A DNA stretch of 64,000 nt from Psilocybe cubensis (GCA_017499595.2 CM039004.1:1612001-1676000), one strand, 5' to 3'. Shown: positions 49,767 to 63,553, counted from the stretch's first letter. Made by a program: numbers and translations. The notes: generated by a model not told the origin, from the letters alone.

Positions 49767-51296
49767 TTATGCACCGGTGATTCCTCCAGTGGCGCCTGTA
49801 GCCTGAATGCGAGCAAGCGCATCGGCGGTGGTGTCGCAGGTAATGGAGGTACCGCGGGAGTTGACGAGGGGAAGAGCCACGCAGGTCAATCCACCAGCAC
49901 AGCCAGTTACTGCAAACTTGCCGTTGACGCACTGGGCGAAGCCGCCGTTGATGCAGGCGTTCTCGCCGGCGGTGCAGGCAGAGTCAGCGGTGAGAGTGGC
50001 GAACTTGGCGTTGAGAGCTTGGGCGTCCTTTCCGTTGGCAAGAGCGAAGCCAGTGGATGGAGTAGAAGGGGTAGTCGCGGGAGTAGTGGCAGCGGGAGGA
50101 GCAGCGGTGGTGACAGGGGTGTTGTCAGTTTGACCGTTGCCAGATCCAATCACGCCGCCAGTGGCTCCAGTCGCGGCAATACGGGCGGCAGCATCAGCAA
50201 GGGTGGTGCAAGTGATGGAGGTTCCGGGCGAGTTAACGAGAGGAAGAGCAGCACAAGTGAGGGGAGCAGCACCGCAAGACTGGGTGACGAATTTTCCACC
50301 AACACACTGGGCGAAAGCAGTTCCAACACAGGCGTTTTCACCAGCTATAAAACGGATATATCAAAAAATTGTGAAATTGTCAGTCACTAACGACGTACCA
50401 GTGCAAGGTGAGTCAGCAGTCAGAGTAAGGAACTTGGCATTCAACGCCTGAGCGGCCTTTCCGTTGGCAAGTTTAAAGTCTCCTCCGCTGGGAGCAGCAG
50501 TCGAGGCAGGGGGAGCAGCAACAGTAGTCGCAGCGGGAGGGGAAGCAACGGTAGTCTCAGCGGGAGGTGCAGCTACAGTGGTGGCAGCAGGTGGGGGAGC
50601 ACTTCCGTCTGCCCGGGGGTTGGTGGTAATATCGACAAGTTGTGTTCCGTCGGCGATAGGACCTGAGGGATTAGCGGGGCACGAGCCTGGAGGGTTCAAT
50701 GGTGCAGAAAGGCCCAACGGGATGGTCCCAGCGCCACCTACGGCCACATTACCAGCAAAGAGCTTCTGGTTAGATCCAGCGAATTGACACTGGAAAAGCC
50801 CATTGAGCTCCGCATTTTTCGGTGGAGTTTGACAGTAAGGAATGGCAACGGAGTTGGGCTGTGTCAAAAAAGTCAATCAGCGATATAGATAAGGGAAGGT
50901 ATATCATTTCACTCACACTGTTCCTGGGCTGTTGGGCAAAGATCTGAGCCAAGGTGATCATGTCGTTGCTGTTCAGCTGTTTACCAAGGCTCAAAAGGTT
51001 GTCTGCAGCATCCTGCTGTTCACAAGGACCAGCAGCAGCGAGAAGAGTTGTGAAAGCGGTCACGGAAAGGGGGTTGCATTGTTGACCTCCACCTGCAGCA
51101 AGCTATATAATTGAACAACGATATTTAGCATTATAGCAGGAATGAGTAGATTAGATAACACAATAGGACGTACACAAGCTTGTTCCCATTTGGCGGTCGA
51201 GTCCGCAATGTTTTGAGCGATGCGCTTGTACAAGACAGGCGACGCGCTAACTGAGGCGGCAACCAGGCCGAGGAAAGCAACAGAGAGATGGACCAT
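49767..51296 (-). CDS. Secreted protein: signal peptide, KR site, Cys-rich N-domain, P/A/T linker and two CBM19-like Cys-rich repeats; 4 exons
   Basis: MVHLSVAFLGLVAASVSASPVLYKR; two copies of F.LANGK.AQALNAKF.TLTADS.CTAGENAC...FAQCV.GKF....C....TC.ALPLVNS.GTSITC.T.ADA.ARI.ATGATGG. Confidence 0.85.
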
Positions 51297-52057
51297 GCTG
51301 AAGATTTTTGACTTGGAATAACTTGAAGAAGAAAAATGAAAAGAAGCGCTAGAGGCAAGCGACTTGAAAAGCGTAGGCGAGCGTTATTGAACCTGAGCAA
51401 GACGCAGCACCGGGCTGGAAAAGAAGGGAAAGGAAGAAGAAGATGGAGGGAAAGGATGCGGGAGGTGTTGAAAGATGAAATTGAACGAGCCCTTTTATGT
51501 ATTTATGGGCGGGAACAATGGGACAGGGACATGTGTGGCCCCTTTCAATTAGCGCTTTGCAATCCCTCGCAAACTCTGGCCCCGCCGGTCCAACTTGATG
51601 AAATGAACAAAGGAGATCAACCTCAGTCAGGATCGCGTATATCTACCAGGAAACAGGCCAAATGGTTGATTGTGTCTCCAGGCCAGAAAGCGGACTGGCC
51701 ATGTCCGGAGCATATGGGCAAGTTGAGCTGACTCCTCGTAGTGCACCAGAAATAGCAACGATTGCATTACACCATGACAACCACTGCTTTCCTTGGCCTT
51801 GCACCCTGCCAAACCGTTACTGGATACCTTTTTCTCCACAGACTATTCACTGTCCCATCAACCTATGAAACGTTCAGGCCTCGGCAAGACATAAATAACA
51901 ACCCGCTTCATATTGAATGTTATTAACGCCACGCCGAAAGATATCTTCATTCCAGGTCATAGGTTAAAAAGGTATTACAAGTAAGTTAGGGTATCAGTAC
52001 AGGTCACATATCAGTATAGGAAAGTGATAATCTCAATCATGTTCCCAATTCCAATCA

Positions 52058-53513
52058 TCAGTGGAGTGCTGGTGATATTTCGCCACCACTTTCCAGCCGA
52101 AACCAGAACGGGATCATCTTCCATATCTTTTCTCGTTCTCTTGCTGCCCATGCTTCTAGAGATTTCGCACAGGCTTTGCATTCCGAGAACTCGGCGCTCT
52201 TTAGTTGCCCTAATTCTTCTGCAACGTATAATGGATCGTAGCATCCTCGTTCCCTGTCAAAAAGATAATGTTGTGTCGCGAGATCCACCAACTCGGTGAA
52301 ATCTTTACGGCACGCAGCAGCAGAGACACAGACACCGCCTGATGAGGACTTGCGACTGTGCGAACTCGTTGGGTGCTGTTGGGCATGGCGGATATACTGT
52401 CCATTGCCCATGCTCTGAATTAATGTCGTCACTGCGTTCTGGCTAGCTTCCCTGCCGAGGGCTAGACGTCGAGTATCCAACGCTGATAGCGATGGAAGGG
52501 GAGGCGACCGATACAATGGATCATCTTCAGCCGGTTCGAATATTTGCGAAAAGGAATATCTTGAGAGATCATAGAAAGCGGCAGGCAGCAAGGATGGTGC
52601 GTTTACTTCTCGGGCAAGACTGATGACGCTCTGCGATCGGTTAATTGAAGTGTTTATAAATGGCACTCAAGTACGTACAAAGGGATGTGGATATCGATGC
52701 GTATACCCCGGAGTCCCGTCAATCTCATAGCCCCGTGAGACATCCTCTCTCGCATCCCATGTTCTCAGATCGGAGGGCCATGCCTGGCTGAGATGAGCTA
52801 GTGCTTTGGCACGTAATGAATCTATGAGATATTTTGACGAAAGGCGAAGTATGCCCGACACTGCCCGGAAGTCATCTTCATCGTTATTCCCAAAATTCCT
52901 ACGCAACAACAGTTGTCAAAAGGATGGGAAACGGGTACAACAAGTGGTCGGGGACGTACGGTCCATCGTAGAGTGCAGTCAACAGATTTCCAACATCCTC
53001 CGCCGCATCATACAGATACACGACCGGAACTCGTCTTGAAAATGTGTTCGTTCCTTCAGGAATGACCATTGATGATTCTAGCCGTGATGTTTCTGGGTGG
53101 GAGAGCATAACCATATCATGAAAGACTAATGAGTGTCGGGCAAGCTGCGACATATGCACACAGAATAATGTATTCTCCGCCCTGCATATGACGCTCCCAT
53201 CGTCGAACCACAGATCGGAATGGCGGTGCACCTGAACTCCTGTTTCCTTGTCGATGATAGATGGTAGCCCCCGTTCGTCTTTCTTATGTGGATTATATGA
53301 TAGGTTTGTGAGTTTAGTCTCAGGGGGGTTTGCTGACAGTAGGGCCAAGTTTTCTTCCGATATTCCATGACGGACGGATATCCTGGAGCTTATGCTCGGT
53401 ACATGTCGTGGCGTAGCCGAAGAGATGCTGCTAGACGAAGCTGAGCTCTTGATTGAGGGAGTGGAGGGTTGTAGGGCCTTGGTCGGGCGCGTTGGTGTCG
53501 TTTCCATAATCAT
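52058..53513 (-). CDS. BTB/POZ-domain protein (Agaricomycete type), 3 exons
   Basis: RHSDLWFDDGSVICRAENTLFCVHMSQLARHSLVFHDM, ILRLSSKY, LLPAAFYDLSR and a C-terminal CKAC. Start is ATG 53513 or 53507. Confidence 0.88.
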
Positions 53514-53770
53514 AATTACAGGAAGAGGCGGCCAACTGATGCCACGGAATATGTCTTTTATTCCCTGCGCGAAGCAATTTGTGAGTTTGAAATTACGAGA
53601 CGACAAGGGGGCCAATAGTCGCTTTGTCCTATTGATCAGCGTCTGCCAGTCCGCATTCCATCATCGTCACCATCTTATCTTATCTCTCAATGACAACAAT
53701 AAAAGATCACAATCTGTGCCCATAGACCACAAAACAAATTTGACTGAAGTAACCATAAGTTGTATATAGT

Positions 53771-55480
53771 TCAAACAATCTCAGGCTCTTCAAAAGACTT
53801 TCCCAGCTTCTCCAACATAGCTTTCAACTCTTCGGCCTCTGCAATCAATTGACCGACAGTTGGCTCGACTTTCTTCGGGGGTGGAGGCTCCACCCAGCTC
53901 AACCGTTGAACGGATTCATTGACAATCTGGTCCCACGACTTGCCCTCCTTTGTAAGTTCTTCAGAAAGCTGGTCTTTGATCCGTCGACAAGCCCCAACAC
54001 CGTCGTATCCGAAACTGGTATACACTTGTACCATTGATGCTCCTGCGCGTGCATAGTCAAGTGCATCCTTCCCGGTTACAATGCCTCCACAACCAATGAG
54101 AGGGATAGATGAGGGTAATTGAGAGCGCAATATTTGAAGAGCTTTTAATGAAAATGGTTTGATTGGGGGTCCAGAAAGGCCGCCAGTTTCGGTCTTATTG
54201 GCTATATAACGAATTGTCAGACCTATTGTTGATATTGCGAGAAATATGGCTTACCACTTCTGAGATGTTTCGGTCGTTGGATTGTAGTATTGCTAACAAT
54301 TACACCGTCTATTTTGCTTTTGCGTATGACATCAGCCATTTCTATGAGATGCGATTCTTCTAGGTCGGGTGCAATTTTGAGGACAATTTTTGGCCTTTTG
54401 GAGGTTAAAACAGATGGCTGCAAGCTGTCGCGGGCCTTCGTAACATTATCTAATAGACTCTCAAGAAGCTCTCTGTTCTGGAGGCCACTGTTTCACTGTT
54501 AGCCTATTCGAAGCTAGCTTGAAGCATGTGAATAACTTACCGGAGTCCAGGGGTATTGGGGCTGGAGACATTGACTACTAGCACGTCGGCATAGGGACCA
54601 AATGTACGGACACCAGCAACAAAGTCATCTACAGATTCGGCTGGAGAGTCCTTGTTTTTGCCGAGGTTGACCGCTAGCATTGAACCCTCTCGGAGTGCTG
54701 CACGTTGTGGTGGGGAACCGAAGTCGGGGATACGCGATCTCACACGGGCTACAACGGAAGAGTGACCTTGAGAGGGAAAACCATATCGATTAATGACTGC
54801 ATCATCCTCTTCCAGTCGGAACATTCGCGGTCGAGGATTTCCGGGCTGCGGGCGCAATCAAATTTGGTCTCAGTAGGTCAGAAGAACACGAACAACGTAT
54901 GCACCTGAGGTTTTGGTGTTACACTTCCAATCTCTACCCAGCTAAAGCCGAGATCAAATAATCCTTTTGTGGGATATGAACATGTAGGACTGGACCTGGA
55001 GAGCAGCCAGTGAACGTACCATCTATGGCTTCTCCATCCTTGTCGAAACCTGCAGCCAAGCCGACCGGGTTGGAGATTTCTTCACCCCATAGCTAGTGCA
55101 CAGAGTCAGGAGAAGAGATACGTGTGAGGAATCTTAATCACCTTGCAGGTAAGTGTTGCATCGTCCTGAACGGGATCCTTCGGAGCAATTCCAGCTTTCA
55201 ACGCCTTGACAGCGATTTTATGACCTGTCTCTGCATCGAGTACTTTTCTGAGAACCGGAGTCAGAACATATCTGTGTATAGCAGAGCGCGCATCGAAGTA
55301 GTAGACAGCAAACACGCCAGCAGATAGTATGAAAGCCGTTGTATAGAGCCCAGTGCGAATCGGATTCCGTTTCACAGGGGCGGACCGAGTAAACAGGTGA
55401 CGAGAGGGTTGTGCATGTCTGGACGTTCTGAGCAAGGCCCTTCCTAGCTTATTAGAGGCGGCCTGTTGCAGAATTGGCAT
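53771..55480 (-). CDS. URA9: Dihydroorotate dehydrogenase (quinone), mitochondrial, class 2
   Basis: Presequence plus TM segment, [69 protein letters not shown]. Confidence 0.96.
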
Positions 55481-55686
55481 TCTGCCCAACGTGTACACAG
55501 TCGAACGCTGGGGATGCCGATATCGTTTCGGAATTGTTGCCCAGTCGCCACCATCACCTGAGTTGTGCGTCCTCTTTATTGTGCTTTATTGACCAAAACC
55601 CTTGAATTTGTTAAGGGCGCTTGCTCGCTTAGAATGCCTGGTCACTTGCACAACTTAAACGTTATCCTCCACACTGAAAACGCACC

Positions 55687-57271
55687 ATGAGCTCCAAGAA
55701 AAGGTGCATATAAATTAGAACAGTTGCTGAATGTCTAATAACTACCCATAGCTCCAAGCTCGACCTTCTCGTACGCGTTCGCTATTCAAATCCTCTACCT
55801 GCTCCCCCATGTCCTCCAAAACTTCTCAATATCCCAACAAATCCCATGCGCTACGCGCGTCCCGAATTCCTCAATGCCCTAGCAAATGAAACTCCCCTCC
55901 CTATGATTGTCGATGCAGAATGCGGCATGCCTCTGGATTTGGGAAAATGGGAATGCCTTTGGGAAGAGGGTGGTGATGATTCAAGTGTGTCTCCCCAGTT
56001 ATACAATTAAATGCACAGTGTGCTCACATTTATCTTGAGGTCTGAACCCGGATATACATAATCTGCCGAAACTTGACCCCAAAGACGCATTCCTTCTGTC
56101 TGATCCCTCGTCTTCAACAAACACTTACCCGACAAATGGACCAACCACACCGAGCACGGAAAGATTGACGTATGGGACCCCGATTGCCAACGTACCCTGG
56201 TTGCGTAAGACAGAATATATCAGCAGAGAGAGTTCTCAGCGATCCGCTGTTCAGGAATCGTCCGTCTACATTTTGTTGTTTGTTCAATTTGTCTCAAGCT
56301 TACCGTATTGTTTGGACGCAGAAAACATGTTGTGGAGGACATAGATATATCGAGAAACGCCCAGTTACGCGACATCGAATCCTCCTTCGTTGCAAGCAAT
56401 GAAGATTTCTCCCTGGAAGCGTTACAACACCCCAATAAACCTGGTGTAACAGCTATCGAATCATACCCAATTCTACCGGACGCCGACATCTGGGCGAATC
56501 AATACGATCTATTCAGGTTCTCCGAGCGTCCTGGGGATAGGGCCGTTGATGTGAGTGTTTGTCCCCAAGTTCCACACACATATTGGTTAACTCATTGTTT
56601 AGATTGAGGATCCACGCTTGGACTGTGCCATTTTACGGCCTATGAAAACAGAGCATGACTCCTTCCTTGCCTTCTACCTTACAGCAAACGACGAAGCAGC
56701 TGTATCTTTCAAAGAAACACGCTTCTCACAGGTTCCATATCAAGTTCCCGAAAACGAGCAGGTACTTCATTATTGCTCTTCCCATAGTATCAGACCTCTA
56801 CAACTTTATCTGCAGGAAACGACATTCCATTTCGTCAGAGATTACGAAACAGTGAAGGTTGAACAAGAGGTCCCCAACGAATTCCTTCTTGTATTATACG
56901 ACGGCGACGACCCTCTAGAGGCCGATCATGACAGACCACTAAAAGAAAAAGGCGCCTATTATAAGAATATTGAGCGCAAGATGCTTCTGAAGAAAAAGCG
57001 AGTGAATGTAAGTACATAGTCGTCAAGAATTCGCAACCGCCATAATTGATTATTGAATTAGGCGTACGATCACTACGAGGACAAATGGGAGGTCATCAGA
57101 GTGCTACACTCACAGATGAGCAAAGAGGAGGAAGAGGAACGAGAAGAGGCTTTGGCTGAAGTCATGGATCCTCTCTACTTGCTGCGGAACGATCCAGATG
57201 CAGATGGCGAGGTGGATGACGGTGCTGGTTTCCCTCTTAACGGACAGATTGACATCGAGGCGCACACTTAG
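55687..57271 (+). CDS. PAF1: RNA polymerase II-associated factor Paf1
   Basis: LLVRVRYSNPLPAPPCPPKLL, GMPLDL, LDPKDAFLL, VPWLRKTEYIS, HPNKPGV..YPILPD, FVRDYE, GAYYKNI. Confidence 0.95.
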
Positions 57272-57579
57272 AATTTTGGATGTTCCGAATTTACTCAGGA
57301 TATATTCTGCAAAACTTACTTATATCCAAGATTTAGCCACCTGGACAAGAAATGTAATTCGTCATCGAATTAGCCCAAGCCAAACTGTTGGCGTGAAAGT
57401 TAAGCACGGATCCCAAGACAGTTTGGAATTCGTTGCCTTGCTGCGAAAGACAATTTTTGATTCGGTGTCATTCGAAAGCAAGGCGTCGCAGAGCTTGGCG
57501 TTCATATTTTTATTCATGGTGTCATACGAACATACAATGGTGTGGGCAATGAATGGAAAAAGGAATAAACCACAGCCGT

Positions 57580-58099
57580 CTAAGCCTCCGTAAGTTCGCG
57601 CAGACGACGGACAGTGCTAATTGACGTGAAGAATTAGCAAGAGGAAGTAGAACATGTGAGACCGAACGCACCTGCGAACGGTGGCAGCCGCCGTTGTTGA
57701 AACCGACCAAGCTCCTCCAGCGATGGTCTTCTTGCAAGCTGAGCAGTGCCAGATGCCAACAGCGGTACGTTTGACAGAGTCCTGAAGTAATAATTGAAAC
57801 TTAGTCCTCAGGCAGATACGCCAAGAGGATAATGTACATACCTTCCCGCAGAAAGTGCAGGTATATCTCGCGTGTTGGGAGACTTCCATCTTTTTCACCT
57901 GTTTACGCAGGGAGGCACCATAACGCTATTGATTGAACGAGTAACCCGTCATTTCTTCGTTACCGATTGTAATGCAAACTTTGAGACGCACCACTCCGTA
58001 TTTACCAGTGATTCCTACTTTCTTGGTGCGTTTTGTCTGCACGCGGGAAACAATATGAGTATATAACCTTTACGAGCATAGTAACAGGGTACACACCAT
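57580..58099 (-). CDS. RPL43: 60S ribosomal protein eL43 (L37a), 5 exons, first coding exon ATG only
   Basis: [68 protein letters not shown]. Confidence 0.97.
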
Positions 58100-58521
58100 C
58101 TTGAAGGAGTACGGGGTTTGGTCGAATCTGCGACGGAACGTAGTCTCAACGATAATTGGGTGTGGTGCGTGAGAAAGAAACGGAATTTAGCGAGAACTGT
58201 ACAGTTTTGATAAGCCACTGCGTGCATCTTATCAGATATTAGGTAACTAATCTTGACCTCATTCAAACTGGTTCATTGTGCGTCGAGTTGATCAGGTCAT
58301 GTTTGTTAATTTCGTATAAATAATGTTCACATTCAAACCATATGCTAAGGCTAGATTCGAAGCCAAGAAGAAAGCAATGCTATTGAGCAATGAAGAGATA
58401 GTACAAAGATCCACAGGCGGTATACAGTGATATATGGAAAATAAAATGATATGTAAATGTTGCCGGTAATGCAACGTCAGTAGTATGAAAGTATGAAAAG
58501 GAAAGCGACACGACTACGCGT

Positions 58522-59885
58522 CTAGAAAGCCTTTGCTTCGCCACCATACCTTTCAGGAAGCTCTTTGGAATCGATGAAGGGCGATAGAGCCTTTCTGATT
58601 GCTTCCTGCCCTGTGCCGACGACAGACATCTTTGCCAAAGTATTGGCTGAGATAAGGGGTTTGAAGAGCCAAAAAATCCAGTTGAAGATAGTCGGAATGT
58701 TGATGAAAAATTTTTTATACTGAAAAGACAATCAACGAATACTTCGATGTTCGGTTAATGTCGACACTCACTAAAAGTTCAGGATAATGGCTTTGGAAGA
58801 TATTAGTTGCCTCAGATGCAGCTGCTTTAGAGTTAGCATCACGGGTGGTAAAGCTGACGCCAAGGTAATCTATTGGTTGACTATATTAGCATAGTTATAA
58901 AACGAGAGCAAGAATTGGTTATTTTTACCATGAACTTGTATCATTTGGTCGATCTCGACGAAATCTAGAAGTGCTACGCTTTTCTCCATGAATGCCACCC
59001 GCCACCTAAGACAATTCAGATTACTTCAGAATAAACAAATCATTAACCCACCGAATGAAGCGCTGAATATCTCCAAAGACGGCTTTAAGATCAGAATTAC
59101 CGCCATAGATATTGTATCTTGGTTGATGTCAGTCTTAAGCACGCTATAAGTAGAGTTAAGAGGTTGCATACGCCACTGGTCTTCCGCCGTTGTCCTTGCC
59201 GTAGATATAGCCTAACTTCCCGAATACTTCTTCAGGAAACTCCTCTTTGAGAGCGGCCTCAATGTTGAATGATTCGCGCCATCTGAGGGTGTTGATGAAC
59301 ATGTCGCGGGCTTCGGTGACACTCAAATTCCTACATCCAACTTTAAACTAATAAACTTAATGATTAGCGGCCTCACTTACCTTGCTCGAAGGAATTTCAA
59401 TAGGACAACACTGACTCGGGCATCGTCCTGAGGAGTAGCTGGGTTGATCGTAACACCCCAGATAGTAACAGGAAGCTCTCGAGCTTGACCGTTGTCTGGA
59501 TATGCTTGCGCAAATATGTCAGGAAGTTGGGCCTGCGGAGAGGAGGTTCATATGTTATATCTATTCTATTAGCAATGAAGCAGACACAAACTCGAAATTC
59601 AAAGAGAGCTCTCCATTCTGCTTCGGTAAACTTCTTTGTCAGTGGATTCTGAAGTTCGTTAGCTATCGCTAAAGTATGATCAGATTCTGAGGAAGTGCCG
59701 GCCGCTGTCTGTGAAGGAGTGGCTGCTTGTCCTGCCTTTGGATTCGAGGGGTGGGCCTCGGAAATGCTAGTGGGAGCGGCAGTTACTTGGGCGGGTGCAA
59801 CGGAAGACTGATTGTGTGGTGCCACAGTGGGTTCTGGTACAGCCCCTGCTGCTGCTGGTGTAGCTTTAGATGCGTCTGTAGACAT
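58522..59885 (-). CDS. SFH5: Sec14-family CRAL-TRIO protein Sfh5
   Basis: LLKFLRAR, YNIYGG, FIR|WRVAFMEK, MIQVH|DYLGVSF (Sfh5 HDY motif), FQSHYPELL|YKKFFINIP. Confidence 0.9.
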
Positions 59886-60162
59886 TGTTTCTGACGTTGG
59901 ACTCTGACTAGTATGAGAACGCGTGGTGAGGTCAGAGGCAAGTCCGATGTTTGTGGCAGCGTTTATCTGATAAGATCCTGTTTACATAATCTGTCAACAA
60001 GGTTGTACCGTTGCCGACCATTTTGACCCCTTGCCACTTGGAGCCAACAGCTCATAACCATAACACCGCTTTCGTTGGGTCTGTTTCATATCCTCTTCTA
60101 ATCGCCCTCCGCCCGTTTGAGTTGAATGAGCGTTCAACCCCGCCTCAAGTCCTCAACCCATT

Positions 60163-61855
60163 ATGACCCCCAATCCCGTTCATGTCTACGACTATTCATC
60201 ACGGTTTTCTGGCAATGATAACGAATTGCAAAGAGCGCGGGACGGAGGATGGCATGCAGGTCGATTGCCAATGTACAGTCCCGTCTGGACCAACGACAAA
60301 TCATGGATTCAAAGGATTGCCAACAACTTTAGCAGTTCACTTGCTCAAATACCACACATAATTTCCACCTATCTTCCCTTTTTAAATCGAAGATCCTCCA
60401 GGTCTTTCTCCTCAAAAGCTTCAATGACTTCAGCACAGTCTGGGTCAAATTTTCTCTTTATACTTCTATGCAGTTTATGGTATACCACATCAGCCCTCTC
60501 GTCCAACACAGGAAAGGCAATCCTGATGCAGTTCCGTTACCCCGTTACACTCACGTTTGTTCAGTTCGGTTTCGTTGCGTTTTACTGTCTTTTATTTATG
60601 TCGCCTTGGGTGCGATTCACTAAACTTCGTACACCCACGAGGGCCATTATACGGAGCACCCTTCCCATGGGATTATTTCAAGTTGGCGGACACATATTCT
60701 CCAGCATTGCGATATCTAGAATACCCGTCAGCACTGTCCATACCATCAAAGTGAGTTGCACTACTTGCCCATAATGGCAACAGTAATGATTAAAAGTCCA
60801 AATCCAAGGCATTATCTCCTCTATTTACCGTGGCGGCGTACGCTCTATTGTTCGGGGTCAGTTATTCGAGCAAGACGTACATCTCGCTCTTGCCTCTGAC
60901 TATCGGGGTAATGCTTGCCTGTTCGTTTGACGTGTCTGCGTCGAATGTTGTAGGCTTGTTGTGCGCCTTTGGATCAGCCCTTGTCTTTGTGAGCTCCAAT
61001 ATCTTCTTCAAAAAGATAATGCCCTCCAATTCTGGGGCGACATCTTCAATGTCGTCACATAAACTCGACAAAATGAACCTCCTCCTGTACTCCTCCAGTA
61101 TGGCGTTTATCTTAATGATCCCCATCTGGGTATACTACGACCTCCCCCTGTTTATCAATGGCACCGCCCAGGTCGTCCTTCCAAAAGGCCGCGCACCACC
61201 CGCTCATTCAGTGATCTACTATTTCGTGATGAACGGGACTGTCCACTACGCCCAAAATATCATTGCCTTTGTAATTCTTTCCTCAACATCACCAGTCACT
61301 TATTCCATCGCGTCCCTTATCAAGCGCGTTGCCGTCATTTGTATCGCTATAATCTGGTTCAATCAAACCGTTCATCCTGTGCAAGCTTTTGGAATCGCCA
61401 TGACATTCACTGGTTTGTACATGTACAACAATGCCAAGGGTGATGTCGAAAAAGGAGAAAAGAAATTGAGGAGACTAGAGGCTACAAAAGATATGATGTT
61501 GCCTTCTACCAAAGAAGATGTTAAAATGTTGTCTGGAGCGGAAACACCCCCCTCGGAAACTCTCTCCGAATACCTATCGTCAGAGTCTCAGGGTATGGGC
61601 TCGGGAACAATTTATGGACGGCCTCGACAAGTGTCATTATCAGCGGCCTTGGGTCACCAGATATATTCTCAACAGCATCATCGACCTATTACTACCACGT
61701 CCCTACACATCAAGACATCTGAAGCTGTCTCTGGGAAGGAAACAATTGGTTCCCCTGTAGATTTGTATCCTTCTCCCCCTCCATCAAACGATTCTCCCCC
61801 GACAAATACAATACCTTTGCCAACAGTCAACCATTCCTATATCATGGCTCAATAA
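60163..61855 (+). CDS. Triose-phosphate/nucleotide-sugar transporter family protein (Sly41-like), 2 exons
   Basis: LCSLWYTTSALSSNTGK, YPVTLTFVQF, IPVSTVHTIK|ALSPLFTV, KLDKMNLL, TSPVTYSIASLIKRV. The start codon is uncertain. Confidence 0.88.
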
Positions 61856-62438
61856 TGGCCATTTTTGGCTCGCCACCAACTCACCGCACGCCTAGCACCT
61901 TTTTTGGAGCCACATCAACTTTGTCCATCCTCTGCATTATTCTTCTCCACGCCACTGCATCTTCATCACACCTAACGTTTATTCGGCTAGAGATACTGCA
62001 GCCTGACATATTACTTTGCACTATATATCTTACCGTCATTTTATTAGACTTTTGTATTGATATTTATTTTGGGTTACATCCTCAATTTTGCATGGCAAGT
62101 TGCTTACTGTGAATTTACTGAGCGAAATTGATGAGTGACGGAGCGATATTGGCTTCGGACAACTTGCATATTAATGTTTGTCTAATAGGCATACACAGCA
62201 CATCCATATGTACATGGTTTATTGCGATGCACCACAGAAGGCTCTCGCAAAACTGTCGAAGTACAAATTGTGTTGAATACAGCGGTCTGATGACATAATC
62301 ATGTGCGTGACTCAATAAATGTTACCACTGTGACAAACCCAATTTCTTTGCACGTGGTGTAGTAAGTAGGTCCCAAAAGCTTCTCGACAACGGGCACGCC
62401 GACACCCTCCGCCAACCTCAAGAAGATTTCAGCACAGT

Positions 62439-63553
62439 ATGGTCCGTATATTCCTTCCCAAAGGCCCCATAGAGCTCGTCCTGCTGGTTATTTGGGTGAA
62501 ATTGCGATTAGAATCGATGGATGCGTTATGATTGTGGTGGATGACCTTTCGACGAGCTCTTGGAGGAACGCTTGGATTTCTGCACAATGATACTCATCCA
62601 TATTCTATAGGCCCGTGGACCCAAAAAGCACTTGAAGCGCTTGAGCGCTCCCTCGTCATGGATGTTGGACAAGTTGAGCGGAACTTATGTGCGTTGCAAA
62701 TATTGTTCATCCTCAATAAAATCTGAACATTCTACTTCGATACTGTCAGGCCCCTCGCCCCTCCCCTGGACCCCACAAGCTCCGCGAATCCCTTCCCCTC
62801 ACCATTTTCCTCCGCAATAGGCTAAAGTACGCCTTGACTGGCCGTGAAGTTACATCAATTGTCAAGCAACGCTTGATCAAAATCGATGGAAAGGTCCGCA
62901 CCGATCCTACTTACCCTGCTGGATTCATGGGTATGCTTGACTTGGAACATCTGCGGAATGGCCTTTTAATGTTGATAACTTAGATGTTATTTCCATTGAG
63001 AAATCTGGTGAACACTTCCGTCTCCTCTATGATGTCAAGGGCCGTTTCACCATCCACCGTATCACCCCCGAGGAAGCTACCTACAAGCTCCTTAAAGTCC
63101 GTCGCGTTGCCCTCGGTAATGGTGGTGTTCCCCACGTTGTAACTCACGACGGACGCACCATTCGCTACCCCGACCCTCATATCCGTGCCAACGATACCGT
63201 CAAGTATGATATCGCTCAAGGAAAAATCACAGACTACGTCAAGTTCGACACTGGCAACATCGTCATGATCACTGGCGGACGTAACATGGGCAGAGCTGGT
63301 GTCATTGTGCACAGGGAAAAGCACATTGGAGGATTCGATATTGTCCACGTCAAGGACTCCCTTGACAGGACTTTCGCAACTCGGTGCGTATACCTTCGTT
63401 TTCCAATGATTTTAATGTTAACCCAAATCTAGTGTCACTAACATTTTTGTCATTGGTGAGGGTATCAAGCCCTGGATATCGCTGCCGAAGGGCAAGGGTA
63501 CCAAGCTTACCATCTCTGAGGAGCGTGATGTCAGGAGGAAGCGCGCCGAGTAA
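62439..63553 (+). CDS. RPS4: 40S ribosomal protein eS4, 5 exons, first coding exon ATG only
   Basis: [61 protein letters not shown]. Confidence 0.98.

Noticed and set aside
3624-53513. Four cullin-adaptor types (WD40, F-box-like, BC-box LRR, BTB) as one system
   Set aside because: Spread over 50 kb, and such families are abundant in Agaricomycetes, so co-occurrence is expected.
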